Positions 8,337 to 17,454 of a stretch of DNA of 64,000 bases are shown piece by piece. Every line of letters starts with the position of its first letter. The stretch's first letter is position 1. A program made the position numbers and the translations under genes. The notes beneath the pieces were generated by a model. The model did not search any database, had not been told where the DNA came from, and worked only from the letters and a program-made list of their open reading frames with translations. Source of the stretch: a virus. The stretch spans positions 3,069-67,068 of IMG/VR virus record IMGVR_UViG_3300036791_001578, one strand, 5' to 3'.

Positions 8337-10370
8337 CTACATGATTTGAGGAAAGGCATTGCCGTAAGTGTTCGTCGCCCATTGCAGCTGAATGGTGCTG
8401 TGAGGATAACGCGAGCGCCATTCGTCGTCGAGCATATCGACAGCGAGATTGAGCTGATCCATCGCGATCTGCACGGGTGCCGTGGGCATAAAGGGCGAAG
8501 CGTTGGTGCCACCGCCGCCGGTCCGCATGGTCGCCACTGCGGTCATTGCCAGAATCACCGCTTCTCGCGAACGAACGTGAATCGGATCGGTAAGCTGCGA
8601 AATCTTGAGCCAGTTTTTCTTGTATCGCACCCGTACCCGTTTACACATGACGCCAATTCGGATCAGCCGGTACATGGGCTCAGTGTCCCAAGGCCAATAC
8701 ATCGAGATGAACTGGGTCTGCGGCGGTGCCCAGCCGTTGCTCGTGGGCGGTTCCATCGCGTTAGCCGCAAATAAATTGATGAATCCGTAGGTCGGATCTT
8801 TGCTGATCCGGTCGATCTGATCAAAAACGTAAGGGGCTGGTTTCCACCGGTTCAGATAACAACCGATGTCAACGCCCCAGTGGCCGCTAGAATCGCATAC
8901 CGGGACGCCGGCGAGATAACCGTAGACGGTCAACCGGGCTCCATTGTCCTGGCCTAACTCGGGCTGCGCAATCAACTTGGCCGGCCCTTTTAAACGGAAG
9001 GCCAAGGGCGTTGAGCTGACCTCCTCCCAACCTTTGGCTAAGCGGTTCGAACCGTTGATTGAGACCGGGCTGCAATTGCCGACTCCGTAGGTCGGGGCAG
9101 TGACGCCGCGATTCTGATTGGCCGCTAGTGCTGGCCAGGGTTGCCAGTTCTCAGGGTCCTGCTCGAGGTCGCCGAATTCGCCACTGCCGGCGTAACTGAA
9201 TTCGAACCAGGGCGAATGATACGCTCCGATAGTCCGGTTAACGTTTAGCGCTAAAATCGTGTCAACGTAGCGAGGCAGCGCCACATAATAATCGTTGTCG
9301 GCCCGCATCGTGACGACGCCCACTAGTGAGTCCCAGTACTGACATTTGTTGTACAGAATTTCGAGCGTCGAAGTGATCCGATCAAAAACTCGCTGTCGTC
9401 CGATAAATCCAAAAATGCGACAGGCGTCATCGAAAACATCCGCCACAATAACCGTGTCGCGCTGGCCGATTGTCAGGTTGAGCGCGGTCGTAACTTCGCT
9501 AGCGCCGGCGGCTGCTGCGTACTGAGTGCGAGCGGCCTGCTCCTCATTGAGATAGGTGATTGCCTGCTGCTCAGCAGCTTGGCCGATATCAAAATGAACA
9601 TCGTCGTAGTACTTAATCGCCTGACACTGCATGATCACCGCTTGGGCACTATTGAGCGGGATGACATCAAGCAGGCTCGCAATTTTTATTGTCTTGCGGC
9701 GAGCGAGCATTCGCACCCAAACCGCTTTCTGCGAAAGCTTAATACAGCTGAACTCTGGAAAAGTGACGTTAGGATAGTAATGAGCTAGCGCGTAATTGCC
9801 CCCATACAATGTCACCGTGCCCACCGTAAGCGGTTTAACGACTTCGATGACTCCATACACCGTTTGAGCACTCGAGACGACCGTGGCGCCCGAGGGCGTG
9901 ATTGGCAGGGTCGTTACGTAATCGCTCCGGCTGCGTCCCCGAACCTTGATCGAGAGAGTGAGATTTACGTCAGCTTCCGAATCGCTCGAGGCCGAGAGCG
10001 TTTGGCCCCCTCTGGGGAACCGCCTTTGGATGGGGCTGGTGAGCCGGTCCTGCCAGCTCCAGCCGGCTTCCAGATCAGAAGAGCCAGGACCATTTTGGGT
10101 GAACTCATAGAGCGGCGAATGGCTGAACGCAGGGTTGCCGTTGATGTTGATTTTAAGTGGCTTTTCAACTTGGTAAGGGAGAAAAATATAAAAGTCCTGT
10201 TGCACCGGCAGGTCCAAATAGATCTGCAAGGGATCAAAGGTAAGGGAGCTTGAACAGGCCTTGCGAGCTAAAGTTTCGACCGCCCGCGTCAGTATGCTAA
10301 AAAGATAAGGCTGATCGCAACGCCCAACACATTGCTGGACCTCCCCTATAATATCTTGCACCACAATCAT
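8337..10370 (-). CDS. virion structural protein, two tandem adaptor/tail-tubular-A-like domains
   Basis: 677 aa; the two halves align (LPYQVEKPLKININ..HSPLYEF vs LPRYVDTILALNVN..HSPWFEF); located in the structural operon. Confidence 0.6.
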   Translation of the reverse strand: MIVVQDIIGEVQQCVGRCDQPYLFSILTRAVETLARKACSSSLTFDPLQIYLDLPVQQDFYIFLPYQVEKPLKININGNPAFSHSPLYEFTQNGPGSSDLEAGWSWQDRLTSPIQRRFPRGGQTLSASSDSEADVNLTLSIKVRGRSRSDYVTTLPITPSGATVVSSAQTVYGVIEVVKPLTVGTVTLYGGNYALAHYYPNVTFPEFSCIKLSQKAVWVRMLARRKTIKIASLLDVIPLNSAQAVIMQCQAIKYYDDVHFDIGQAAEQQAITYLNEEQAARTQYAAAAGASEVTTALNLTIGQRDTVIVADVFDDACRIFGFIGRQRVFDRITSTLEILYNKCQYWDSLVGVVTMRADNDYYVALPRYVDTILALNVNRTIGAYHSPWFEFSYAGSGEFGDLEQDPENWQPWPALAANQNRGVTAPTYGVGNCSPVSINGSNRLAKGWEEVSSTPLAFRLKGPAKLIAQPELGQDNGARLTVYGYLAGVPVCDSSGHWGVDIGCYLNRWKPAPYVFDQIDRISKDPTYGFINLFAANAMEPPTSNGWAPPQTQFISMYWPWDTEPMYRLIRIGVMCKRVRVRYKKNWLKISQLTDPIHVRSREAVILAMTAVATMRTGGGGTNASPFMPTAPVQIAMDQLNLAVDMLDDEWRSRYPHSTIQLQWATNTYGNAFPQIM

Positions 10371-10547
10371 TCAGAGCTTCTTTAGCGTTTTTGCCAGTCT
10401 TGCGCGTTGTCCGATTTTGCCGCCCTTTTCAGCGGCTGCTGCAAGCTTCTTTGCCGGAATAGGTTTGCCCGGTTTCGCACCCAGATCTTTCCTTAACGCG
10501 CCAGGATGCTTTATCGCACCGGCAATCCATTTCTTTTTTTCCGCCAT
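10371..10547 (-). CDS. small basic phage protein (not in ORF track)
   Basis: 58 aa MAEKKKWIAGAIKHPGALRKDLGAKPGKPIPAKKL...RARLAKTLKKL, a pattern familiar from phage structural regions; abuts both neighbours. Confidence 0.75.
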   Translation of the reverse strand: MAEKKKWIAGAIKHPGALRKDLGAKPGKPIPAKKLAAAAEKGGKIGQRARLAKTLKKL

Positions 10548-10549
10548 TT

Positions 10550-10903
10550 TTAGTCTTTCTCCTTTTTCTCCTCTTTCTTAGAGGCAACCTCCTTATCGTG
10601 CTTATCCATCGCTTCGTCGATCTCGTCGCGAGCAGACTTCTTTTTGCCGTTTCCGCCTTTGCCGTTGTGATCGAAGTGATGGACGTCCAGATCGTAGGAA
10701 TGTTCCTCTTTGCCGCCGCGATCGTCGACGGTGTGGCCGCGGCATTTGCCCTTGATACCGGCTTCGAAATCTTTGCCGCCTTCAAGGCCTTCAATCGGTT
10801 TACTCAAACCCCTGATCATGAGGCTGGGCGCAATCTCACCATCGCCTTCGTCCGAAGCTTTGAGGATCTTATCAAGTGATTCTCTTTTGCGAGTTACTTT
10901 CAT
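10550..10903 (-). CDS. hypothetical protein
   Basis: 117 aa charged ORF, ATGA-coupled to the upstream gene. Confidence 0.6.
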   Translation of the reverse strand: MKVTRKRESLDKILKASDEGDGEIAPSLMIRGLSKPIEGLEGGKDFEAGIKGKCRGHTVDDRGGKEEHSYDLDVHHFDHNGKGGNGKKKSARDEIDEAMDKHDKEVASKKEEKKEKD

Positions 10904-11190
10904 TCAGCGTGAGCTTTTATCTTGTTCTTATAACGTTCGAAAATGATTTCCCGCACTGCCTTGAAGTCAAAGTGCGGCCATTCCACGATTGCCCCACCCC
11001 TAAAGACTAGCTTCAGATCATGTTCGGTTGGCGTGACATTGATCAAAACTTCATTTTCCTCAGAATTCTTGGTCTCAAACTTCCGCGAATCGATCTCGAT
11101 CCTGGCGATCGCCAACCCGGTACTATTAACAAAAAGTACATTGTTTTGGGCTAAACCGACGAAAGCGAATATCGCTAATAGCCATCGCAT
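10900..11190 (-). CDS. small exported protein
   Basis: N-terminal signal peptide MRWLLAIFAFVGLA followed by a beta-rich domain. Confidence 0.6.
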   Translation of the reverse strand: MRWLLAIFAFVGLAQNNVLFVNSTGLAIARIEIDSRKFETKNSEENEVLINVTPTEHDLKLVFRGGAIVEWPHFDFKAVREIIFERYKNKIKAHAE

Positions 11191-11199
11191 GGAAGGTGG

Positions 11200-11400
11200 T
11201 CATTTCTTCCTGCGGTAACCGCCCTTCGGCTTTTTCGCGATGTTGTGCAGGTCGCGGGGCGCGATGTCTCGGGCGATCTGACCGGCTGCGGTCTTGCTCG
11301 TCTTTCCGCTCTCCTGCATCCCTCGAGCAGTCCCGAATAAGCGCTGTTGCGCCGGCGTGATTTTGTGACCTTTGACGGTTCCTTTGGCTTTCCCAGGCAT
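11200..11400 (-). CDS. DUF3008-like small basic protein
   Basis: PAQQRLFGTARGMQ...DLHNIAKK resembles the DUF3008 pattern. Confidence 0.5.
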   Translation of the reverse strand: MPGKAKGTVKGHKITPAQQRLFGTARGMQESGKTSKTAAGQIARDIAPRDLHNIAKKPKGGYRRKK

Positions 11401-11409
11401 TAGAGTTCC

Positions 11410-11778
11410 TTACTTGTCGAAGATGATTTGCAGTGCTGCCTTGAGCCTAGCTTCGACTTTGGTCAGCTCGTGGCTTCGCCCTCGATTAAACCCTAAAAGG
11501 TATACCTGCATCAAGGCGGTTAATCCTTTGAGGTCGAAAGATAAGAGGTTCGCATCAAAAGAAAATAATTCCTGCCCGGTGGACAGCCACAGGCGCACTA
11601 AGCCGTTTTCGCTGGTCGCGTAATTGCCGCTGTCTAAGTTCAGCCGCTGTTCGAAAGGCGGTGGCAGCGGCAATTGATCGGCCCTTGGTTTTTCTGGTTG
11701 CGCTCCGTTCTCTGCTAGCACTTCAACCAGCGGTCGGCCTTTGCGGTTATTTGTCATAGACTGAAATTCCTCCATCAT
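11410..11778 (-). CDS. hypothetical protein
   Basis: 122 aa ORF in a same-strand run; start uncertain. Confidence 0.55.
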   Translation of the reverse strand: MMEEFQSMTNNRKGRPLVEVLAENGAQPEKPRADQLPLPPPFEQRLNLDSGNYATSENGLVRLWLSTGQELFSFDANLLSFDLKGLTALMQVYLLGFNRGRSHELTKVEARLKAALQIIFDK

Positions 11779-12010
11779 AAGCTTGAATTGCTTTACCCAA
11801 TCTCATTGAAGCGTCTTCAATATGCCTGAAACTCAGCAGGATGTTTGCCTTCATCTCGGCATCCTGACCTTCGAATTCCTCGGGTAGAAGGAACGATGCC
11901 GACTTGTGTAACTCTTTCACTTCGTTCCCCACAAGTTTAAGCTTGCGACGCAAGACTTGGGCTTGTTCGTCAAAGGTAACAGGGGTGAGCTGTTCCTGAG
12001 TTGAGCTCAT
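11747..12010 (-). CDS. helical-hairpin protein, Acb2/Tad1-like candidate
   Basis: 87 aa; ANILLSFRHIEDASMRLGKAI resembles the conserved second helix of Acb2/Tad1-type proteins. Confidence 0.4.
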   Translation of the reverse strand: MSSTQEQLTPVTFDEQAQVLRRKLKLVGNEVKELHKSASFLLPEEFEGQDAEMKANILLSFRHIEDASMRLGKAIQAYDGGISVYDK

Positions 12011-12061
12011 AATAATGCCATAATTTTGGCATAACTTTAGGTCTTTATAATGTAGGACTCT

Positions 12062-12256
12062 TCAATTTGGGGGATTCGTGGATTCATAGTGGGGTACTGT
12101 GTCATTTGCCCGGTGGAGCATGGCGCGAATAAGGTAATCCGAATAACGTCGACCGCCGCTTTTGAGAATGGCTTCTAAAATCTGTCGTTCAAATTTGCGT
12201 CGGACCCGCTCTGTTTGGGTTAAACAGATACCTGCTGTGGAGGGGCAGCATTTCAT
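12062..12256 (-). CDS. small hypothetical protein
   Basis: 64 aa ORF starting 10 nt after the fibre gene stop. Confidence 0.4.
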   Translation of the reverse strand: MKCCPSTAGICLTQTERVRRKFERQILEAILKSGGRRYSDYLIRAMLHRANDTVPHYESTNPPN

Positions 12257-12265
12257 CTCATAATT

Positions 12266-13468
12266 TTACGGGTTGGTAAATTTGACCCAATCCATGGCAG
12301 CGGAAGCTGATCCGTCATAAGCAGCTCTGGCTCCAAGTCTAAAAACCGTCCCGGTTACGGGTGGACCCACAATACCAGCAGCAACAAGCCTGGTCGTTTG
12401 AAGCCAGTTTACACCATTCGCCGAAAACGAAATGATGTAATTGGTGCCATCATAAACAATCCTGACATATTTAACCGGTGAACTGAGGGAGCTGACAACT
12501 AAACCTCTAGTAGTGCCCAAAGAAGCCCCATAGTAAAAGGTCAGCGAGTTAGTAGGATTTTCCCCATTCGTCTGGGTACATAGCCACCTTATCACCAGTC
12601 CGCTACCACTTGGATTAAGCAGGCTAACATCAGCGGCAGCTTCACCAAGATTACTATTGCCTGCCCCAATGTTATAAGGCATTAGCAGTGCTTCTACCTT
12701 GCAGGTGACAGTAAAAGGATTGGCATTAGGTATTCGTTGCTGGATATTACTATTGATAACAGCCGTACTGTTACCTTGATTACCTGCTATATGAACCCGA
12801 CTAGCGACAAGCTCCATTACAGGATTCAGCAAACCGGCAGTATAGGTCCATTTCGGATCTAGGGTTGCCCCATCAAAGCCATCATCAAAACTAGTTTGCG
12901 GAGTCCAGATCGCATCAGGATGATTTTTGAACTGCGGGATAAATATCCCGTTCGGCACCTGGGGATCACTGACACTATCGCCGATAACGAACCGATCCGT
13001 AGCAGTAGGGATGGGATGGCTAGCATTATCGCCGCCTACATAGTCACTAGACTTGCCGCTCAATTGGGCTAATAACCCAGCCGCGGTGGCGCTGGCTAGC
13101 CCAATAGGATCACTCCCGCCGACATGCTGTGGTGCGTGGGGCAGCGGGGGAAAGAGATTAGGTTTGTTGGTGATGACCGACCAATCACTAGGAAAGCTTG
13201 CCGGCGCTCCGGTAACCCCGTTCCAGGGCACCGCATCAGCTAGGGCACTATGATTGCACTTGGTGGCCGTATCCGCCAGGATCGCGTGATCGACCTCGCC
13301 ACTGATCCCGCTCGGCGCATATTCGCTTTTGAGCATGTCGCCGGTTCCACCCGTGCCTGAACCGGTCACAGTGATGGTGATCGCGCTAGCAGTTTCCTGC
13401 AGGGTGATGCCACTGCCCTCAAGCAACGCTTTAAAGGGCCAATAAACTCCAGGCTGACCTATAGGCAT
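12266..13468 (-). CDS. tail fibre/spike-like protein with C-terminal lectin-like beta-sandwich
   Basis: DMLKSEY..VDHAILAD and HAPQHVGGSDPI fibre motifs; FDDGFDGATLDPKW...FSANGVNW...AMDWVKF ConA-like C-terminus. Confidence 0.65.
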   Translation of the reverse strand: MPIGQPGVYWPFKALLEGSGITLQETASAITITVTGSGTGGTGDMLKSEYAPSGISGEVDHAILADTATKCNHSALADAVPWNGVTGAPASFPSDWSVITNKPNLFPPLPHAPQHVGGSDPIGLASATAAGLLAQLSGKSSDYVGGDNASHPIPTATDRFVIGDSVSDPQVPNGIFIPQFKNHPDAIWTPQTSFDDGFDGATLDPKWTYTAGLLNPVMELVASRVHIAGNQGNSTAVINSNIQQRIPNANPFTVTCKVEALLMPYNIGAGNSNLGEAAADVSLLNPSGSGLVIRWLCTQTNGENPTNSLTFYYGASLGTTRGLVVSSLSSPVKYVRIVYDGTNYIISFSANGVNWLQTTRLVAAGIVGPPVTGTVFRLGARAAYDGSASAAMDWVKFTNP

Positions 13469-13469
13469 A

Positions 13470-14225
13470 TTATGGAAGGGTCTGAAGACCCGAGAGGAAA
13501 AAATTTATACCAGCGGTAAAATAACAGGTTACGCCTTGAGTCTGATCGAGCACCAGGCGCCAAGTTAGTTGATTAGGGCCAGCGGCAAAGCTTTGCAACA
13601 TCGCGGCCGAAAGCAGTACTGGTCTTGCCACTACCTTCGGTGCTGTTAAGACACTGATATCAGTGGCCTGGGTTACTTGCACCCAGCCAGGAATGCTCGT
13701 GTCGTAAACTTCGAAATGCACGAGCCCCGCAGGGGTAAAACCAGGGGATGGTGCATAGAGATAAGGCGCATCGACAACGTAAACGCCAGGAGAAGGATTG
13801 GCTAAAATCCCAGTGGCAATGACGGCACCGCTCGTGGTCCCAGCTTGCAAACTCACGGCAGTTTCCGCCCTTAAGAAAGTTCGCAATGGCAGCGAATGCA
13901 ACTGGATATCGCCTCCTAGATAGGAGCTCGGATCCCCATTGCCGGCAGGGCACAAGCCGTCAGAAAAAGTCGTGGCTACATTGATGGGGTCATTGCCAGT
14001 TTGCAGATGTTGCAGCGCGTGCTTGGGCAAAATGGTAACCGTGTCAGCTAACAATGCATGATCCACTACGCCGGGTTGACCGTTAGTCGCGTAGTTGGAT
14101 TTTAACATGTAGTTAGTTGCGTCCGCTGTCGGCTGCATAATTACCAAGGGTAAGCACTGCTGATCTTGGAAATCGCTGGGCAGCGGGACTTCGATTATGT
14201 CAGCGCGGGTAAGTCTGTTTGACAT
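13470..14225 (-). CDS. tail fibre-like protein, paralog of 12266..13468
   Basis: Shares YMLKSNY..VDHALLADT and HALQHLQTGNDPI motifs. Confidence 0.6.
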   Translation of the reverse strand: MSNRLTRADIIEVPLPSDFQDQQCLPLVIMQPTADATNYMLKSNYATNGQPGVVDHALLADTVTILPKHALQHLQTGNDPINVATTFSDGLCPAGNGDPSSYLGGDIQLHSLPLRTFLRAETAVSLQAGTTSGAVIATGILANPSPGVYVVDAPYLYAPSPGFTPAGLVHFEVYDTSIPGWVQVTQATDISVLTAPKVVARPVLLSAAMLQSFAAGPNQLTWRLVLDQTQGVTCYFTAGINFFLSGLQTLP

Positions 14226-14227
14226 AG

Positions 14228-14728
14228 TTAAGAAGCCTGTCTAGCAAAAGCGTTTTGAACTAACACACTGATAGGCGGCCCCGCGATGGGCGGAGGGATC
14301 TCGCCTAGTGGCGACATGTCCGTGTTCGTGCTGGGCAGTACGTCTAGTTCGCCCCGGCGGATGGTTTGGACTAACGCCGTGCTGGGAGTTCGGTATTTGA
14401 GATCAAAGGCATAAGAACCGGGCGGCAGATTCATGGTCTGACCGGGCAACACAATGAGTGCGGTATAGCCGCAAGCCCCATGCTGCTCGTTCCAGATCAC
14501 TTGCAACAGATCGTTCGGATCCGAGACATCCAGGCTGGCTTTGACCGTGAATAGAAAGGTCCAATCGGTGATGTCCGGTATCATGGGACATCCACAAAAG
14601 AGCTCGATGAAATAAACTAGCGCATCGCCCTGGATCACATCCCAGCGCTCGTTATGCTCGAAGTCACCCATCCAGGCTGGCCGCAGCGGTTGCTGCGGTC
14701 GCATCATCGGATACAGACTAGGATCCAT
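14228..14728 (-). CDS. BppU-N-like fibre adaptor domain protein
   Basis: VIQGD...DITDWTFLFTVK...LPPGSYAFDLKY...RRGELDV pattern. Confidence 0.6.
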   Translation of the reverse strand: MDPSLYPMMRPQQPLRPAWMGDFEHNERWDVIQGDALVYFIELFCGCPMIPDITDWTFLFTVKASLDVSDPNDLLQVIWNEQHGACGYTALIVLPGQTMNLPPGSYAFDLKYRTPSTALVQTIRRGELDVLPSTNTDMSPLGEIPPPIAGPPISVLVQNAFARQAS

Positions 14729-14735
14729 AGAAGTT

Positions 14736-14832
14736 ACGCGAGCTTCTCTGGAGTAAACCTTGAAGAATTAACCGGTGGACGAGGCCTGCTAATTCTCCTG
14801 AGGAAAATGAAGAAGCTCTGAGAAGCTCGCGT
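14736..14832. promoter_or_regulatory. long stem-loop between the capsid gene and downstream structural genes
   Basis: 13-bp inverted repeat acgcgagcttctc (14736-14748)/gagaagctcgcgt (14820-14832) with inner agaatta/taattct. Confidence 0.5.
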
Positions 14833-14858
14833 TCTGTCGCTGGTTTGTCGGACACTCA

Positions 14859-16118
14859 CTAAATGGTAAGCGAACCAACCATCATTCCGGTTCCCGTTCC
14901 GCCAGGATAACCTGGGCAAGTCGCAAAACCGAAGTCTGGCTGACAACGCTTGAATGCAATCGGGATCACGGCGTGCGGGCGCTCGGGCCGATACGCTCTA
15001 GTTATTTGATAGATGTGAAACCCGAAATCGCCGAATAGATTACAGTCGTTATCTCTGATACAAGTGAATTCCAATTCTCCTTGAGAAAATTGCGGGGGGA
15101 AGCGCCACTCACCTGCACCCGTAAATTGTTCAGGAACTAACCGTCTGAAACTATTCGCGAAAACTAAGAAAGCAATTTCGTATTGGGCTTCTAAGTAAGC
15201 GGGGTTAGCTCGCGCACCTACCCCCTTACTAACTTGCACGGCCACCTCTGGCTCAACGAAGTCAGGAATTAACTGACCATTAAGTTCTTGGAAACTATCA
15301 AACCGCAGGGGCTGCTGATCAATGCCTAGGGCAATCCCCTGGTATGGGCCAGCCCAGGTATAGCCTGTAATAGTTTCTTCACCTAACGGATAGCGACCGG
15401 TAGTAAGCGCTCGCATATCATAGCGCACATTTAACTCATCGCGCAGCACATCGATTATATCGGCACCACCAATAAATTTACAGATAGTACCGGCCTCACT
15501 TTCGAAAGGTTCTGCTAGTAAAGCTTCGTGCGCCCAGCTCTCGGTGTACTTGAGGAATTTCCACGTAATGGCCGTGTCAGGAACATTGTCATCGTTGAAC
15601 GACGCGTCAATATCTTGCACGTCACCACTAACCATCTGCGGGAAAGTGTAAGCGGTGTTGCACTTAATTTTGACACCGGAGCGCAGCAGGAGTTGGCTCC
15701 TGACGTCGATGTTCATGAAGTACAACAACTGCTTCTGAATCGCATCTTGGGTGGCAGAATATGAGGCCGCGAATGCGGATCTCATTTGTTTTATGCAAAC
15801 CTTAGGTCCGCGGCCACGGATTGTGCCAAGTTTCGTGGTGTACTCGGTCGAACCGGTCTCAGTCACGTTGCCCAGATCCGCGCACGAATCGATATCGTTA
15901 AAGAATGTGGGTAATACTAACGAGTTGTTCAGAAGCGGTCGCTCCATTACGATGTTACGTTGTTCGTCGCTGATACCAGCTTCGAAGGTACCTCCATCGA
16001 GCACGTCTGAAAAAGGACTTCTCCTCATCAGTAGTAAAGTAATATTACCAACGAGACGCGAGACATCCCGGTTGGCAAAATCGATAGCCTGTTGGGGGCT
16101 AATTAGGCAGTCGCCCAT
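14859..16118 (-). CDS. major capsid protein
   Basis: 419 aa; size and composition fit; first gene of a structural operon after a long leader; called from context and general resemblance. Confidence 0.7.
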   Translation of the reverse strand: MGDCLISPQQAIDFANRDVSRLVGNITLLLMRRSPFSDVLDGGTFEAGISDEQRNIVMERPLLNNSLVLPTFFNDIDSCADLGNVTETGSTEYTTKLGTIRGRGPKVCIKQMRSAFAASYSATQDAIQKQLLYFMNIDVRSQLLLRSGVKIKCNTAYTFPQMVSGDVQDIDASFNDDNVPDTAITWKFLKYTESWAHEALLAEPFESEAGTICKFIGGADIIDVLRDELNVRYDMRALTTGRYPLGEETITGYTWAGPYQGIALGIDQQPLRFDSFQELNGQLIPDFVEPEVAVQVSKGVGARANPAYLEAQYEIAFLVFANSFRRLVPEQFTGAGEWRFPPQFSQGELEFTCIRDNDCNLFGDFGFHIYQITRAYRPERPHAVIPIAFKRCQPDFGFATCPGYPGGTGTGMMVGSLTI

Positions 16119-16415
16119 AACATTTTAAAAAGGTGAATTAAGGGTTTCGGGTTTGAGAAGTGGACGGAGTTCACCCGCGGACGCGAGGTTTACTACGGCA
16201 CCCGAATTGTTACGCCGCGGCGACCGGCGAGTTCCTCGATTTTGACTTTTCCCAGGCTCGAAGCGGAACCAAGAGCAAACTGTAACGAATCCTTTACATC
16301 GCTTGATTGCACTTGACAAGCCTAAAGCGTCCAGCGGAAGAACTTGACTAGCACTGAGACTCGATGATGCGGGCTCAGCGCCAACTCCAAACCCTATTAA
16401 GAAAAAGACTTCCCC

Positions 16416-17111
16416 ATGTATTTAAGCGTCACTAAGTCGTTTCCCGTTCCGCCGATTCTGGTTCCGACGCCGCCGCCAGACGGGGCGCACCCAGAGCATC
16501 CAATCTACATTCCCATTTACCCTGCGCATCCGATTGAGATAGTCCCGCCCACGCCAGAGCATCCGATCTATTTGCCACCACCATCCTGCGATTGTGGGCC
16601 AGAGCATCCTATTTACATCCCGATCCGGCCCGAGCACCCAATAGTGCTGCCACCGCCGGGAGAAACGCCGCCTTCAGGAACGCACCCAGAGCATCCGATT
16701 TACTATCCGATTGCGCCCAGTCATCCGATAGTGATTGTGCCGCCAACACCGGAGCACCCAATTTATCTACCGTTGCCTCCGTCTGACGCGCATCCTGAAC
16801 ATCCCATTTACTACCCGGTGGCACCCGAACACCCGATTGTTTTGCCACCTGAACAGCCACCATCAAGTGGTGGAGTACCAACCCATCCAATCTATTATCC
16901 TGTGGCTCCGGCACATCCGATCTATTTGCCACCGGAGGAGCCGCCGATTATTCCAGGTTTGTCACCCGAACATCCGATTTACCTGCCGCCTTCTCAACCA
17001 CCACCGCAGAATTTTTATGTGATGGTTGCAGATCCTTCGACGCATGAATATGTAGCGGTGTCGTTTGTTCCTGGGGGTAAGCCACCAACAAGTCCAGGGC
17101 CTAAGAGATAA
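16416..17111 (+). CDS. proline-rich repeat protein with 13 PxHPI repeats
   Basis: Repeats such as PEHPIYLP conserved at protein level with synonymous variation; opposite strand to neighbours. Confidence 0.8.
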   Translation: MYLSVTKSFPVPPILVPTPPPDGAHPEHPIYIPIYPAHPIEIVPPTPEHPIYLPPPSCDCGPEHPIYIPIRPEHPIVLPPPGETPPSGTHPEHPIYYPIAPSHPIVIVPPTPEHPIYLPLPPSDAHPEHPIYYPVAPEHPIVLPPEQPPSSGGVPTHPIYYPVAPAHPIYLPPEEPPIIPGLSPEHPIYLPPSQPPPQNFYVMVADPSTHEYVAVSFVPGGKPPTSPGPKR

Positions 17112-17261
17112 ATCAACCGGTCCCTGGTTCTGGACCCAAACAGCCGGGAACCTAATTCTTGACAACTGAGGGCAACATTCGAAAGTTCACCGGAGCACAA
17201 TCCTTGGCTAGGCATATCCGAGGATCCTGATCGTAACGGATCGAAATCTAGACATCATCTT

Positions 17262-17291
17262 TTGGGGCGAGTTCGTAAGGGCTCGCCCCAA
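17262..17291. terminator. probable intrinsic terminator between convergent genes
   Basis: ttggggcgag/ctcgccccaa stem with GTAA tetraloop, followed by tcgtttt on the + strand. Confidence 0.7.
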
Positions 17292-17454
17292 TCGTTTTCA
17301 TTGCAGCCACCAAGCTACAAACCAATCGACAATTTCGGGCTCGTCAGGATTCCAAGCGAATTCGTCGGTGAACATGATTTTATCATTTAGGCGCGCCCAT
17401 CTGAAAGTCATCAGTCCGCCTGTTTGCCTCAAGGTTTTCTCAAATTCTTTCATG

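Noticed and set aside
16480-16990. Periodic repeats as a possible CRISPR array
   Set aside because: Repeats vary at third codon positions and are in frame; this is a protein repeat
17226-17248. CTGA...GAAA resembling a hammerhead ribozyme core
   Set aside because: The sequence is CTGATCG rather than CTGANGA, and the three required stems could not be built
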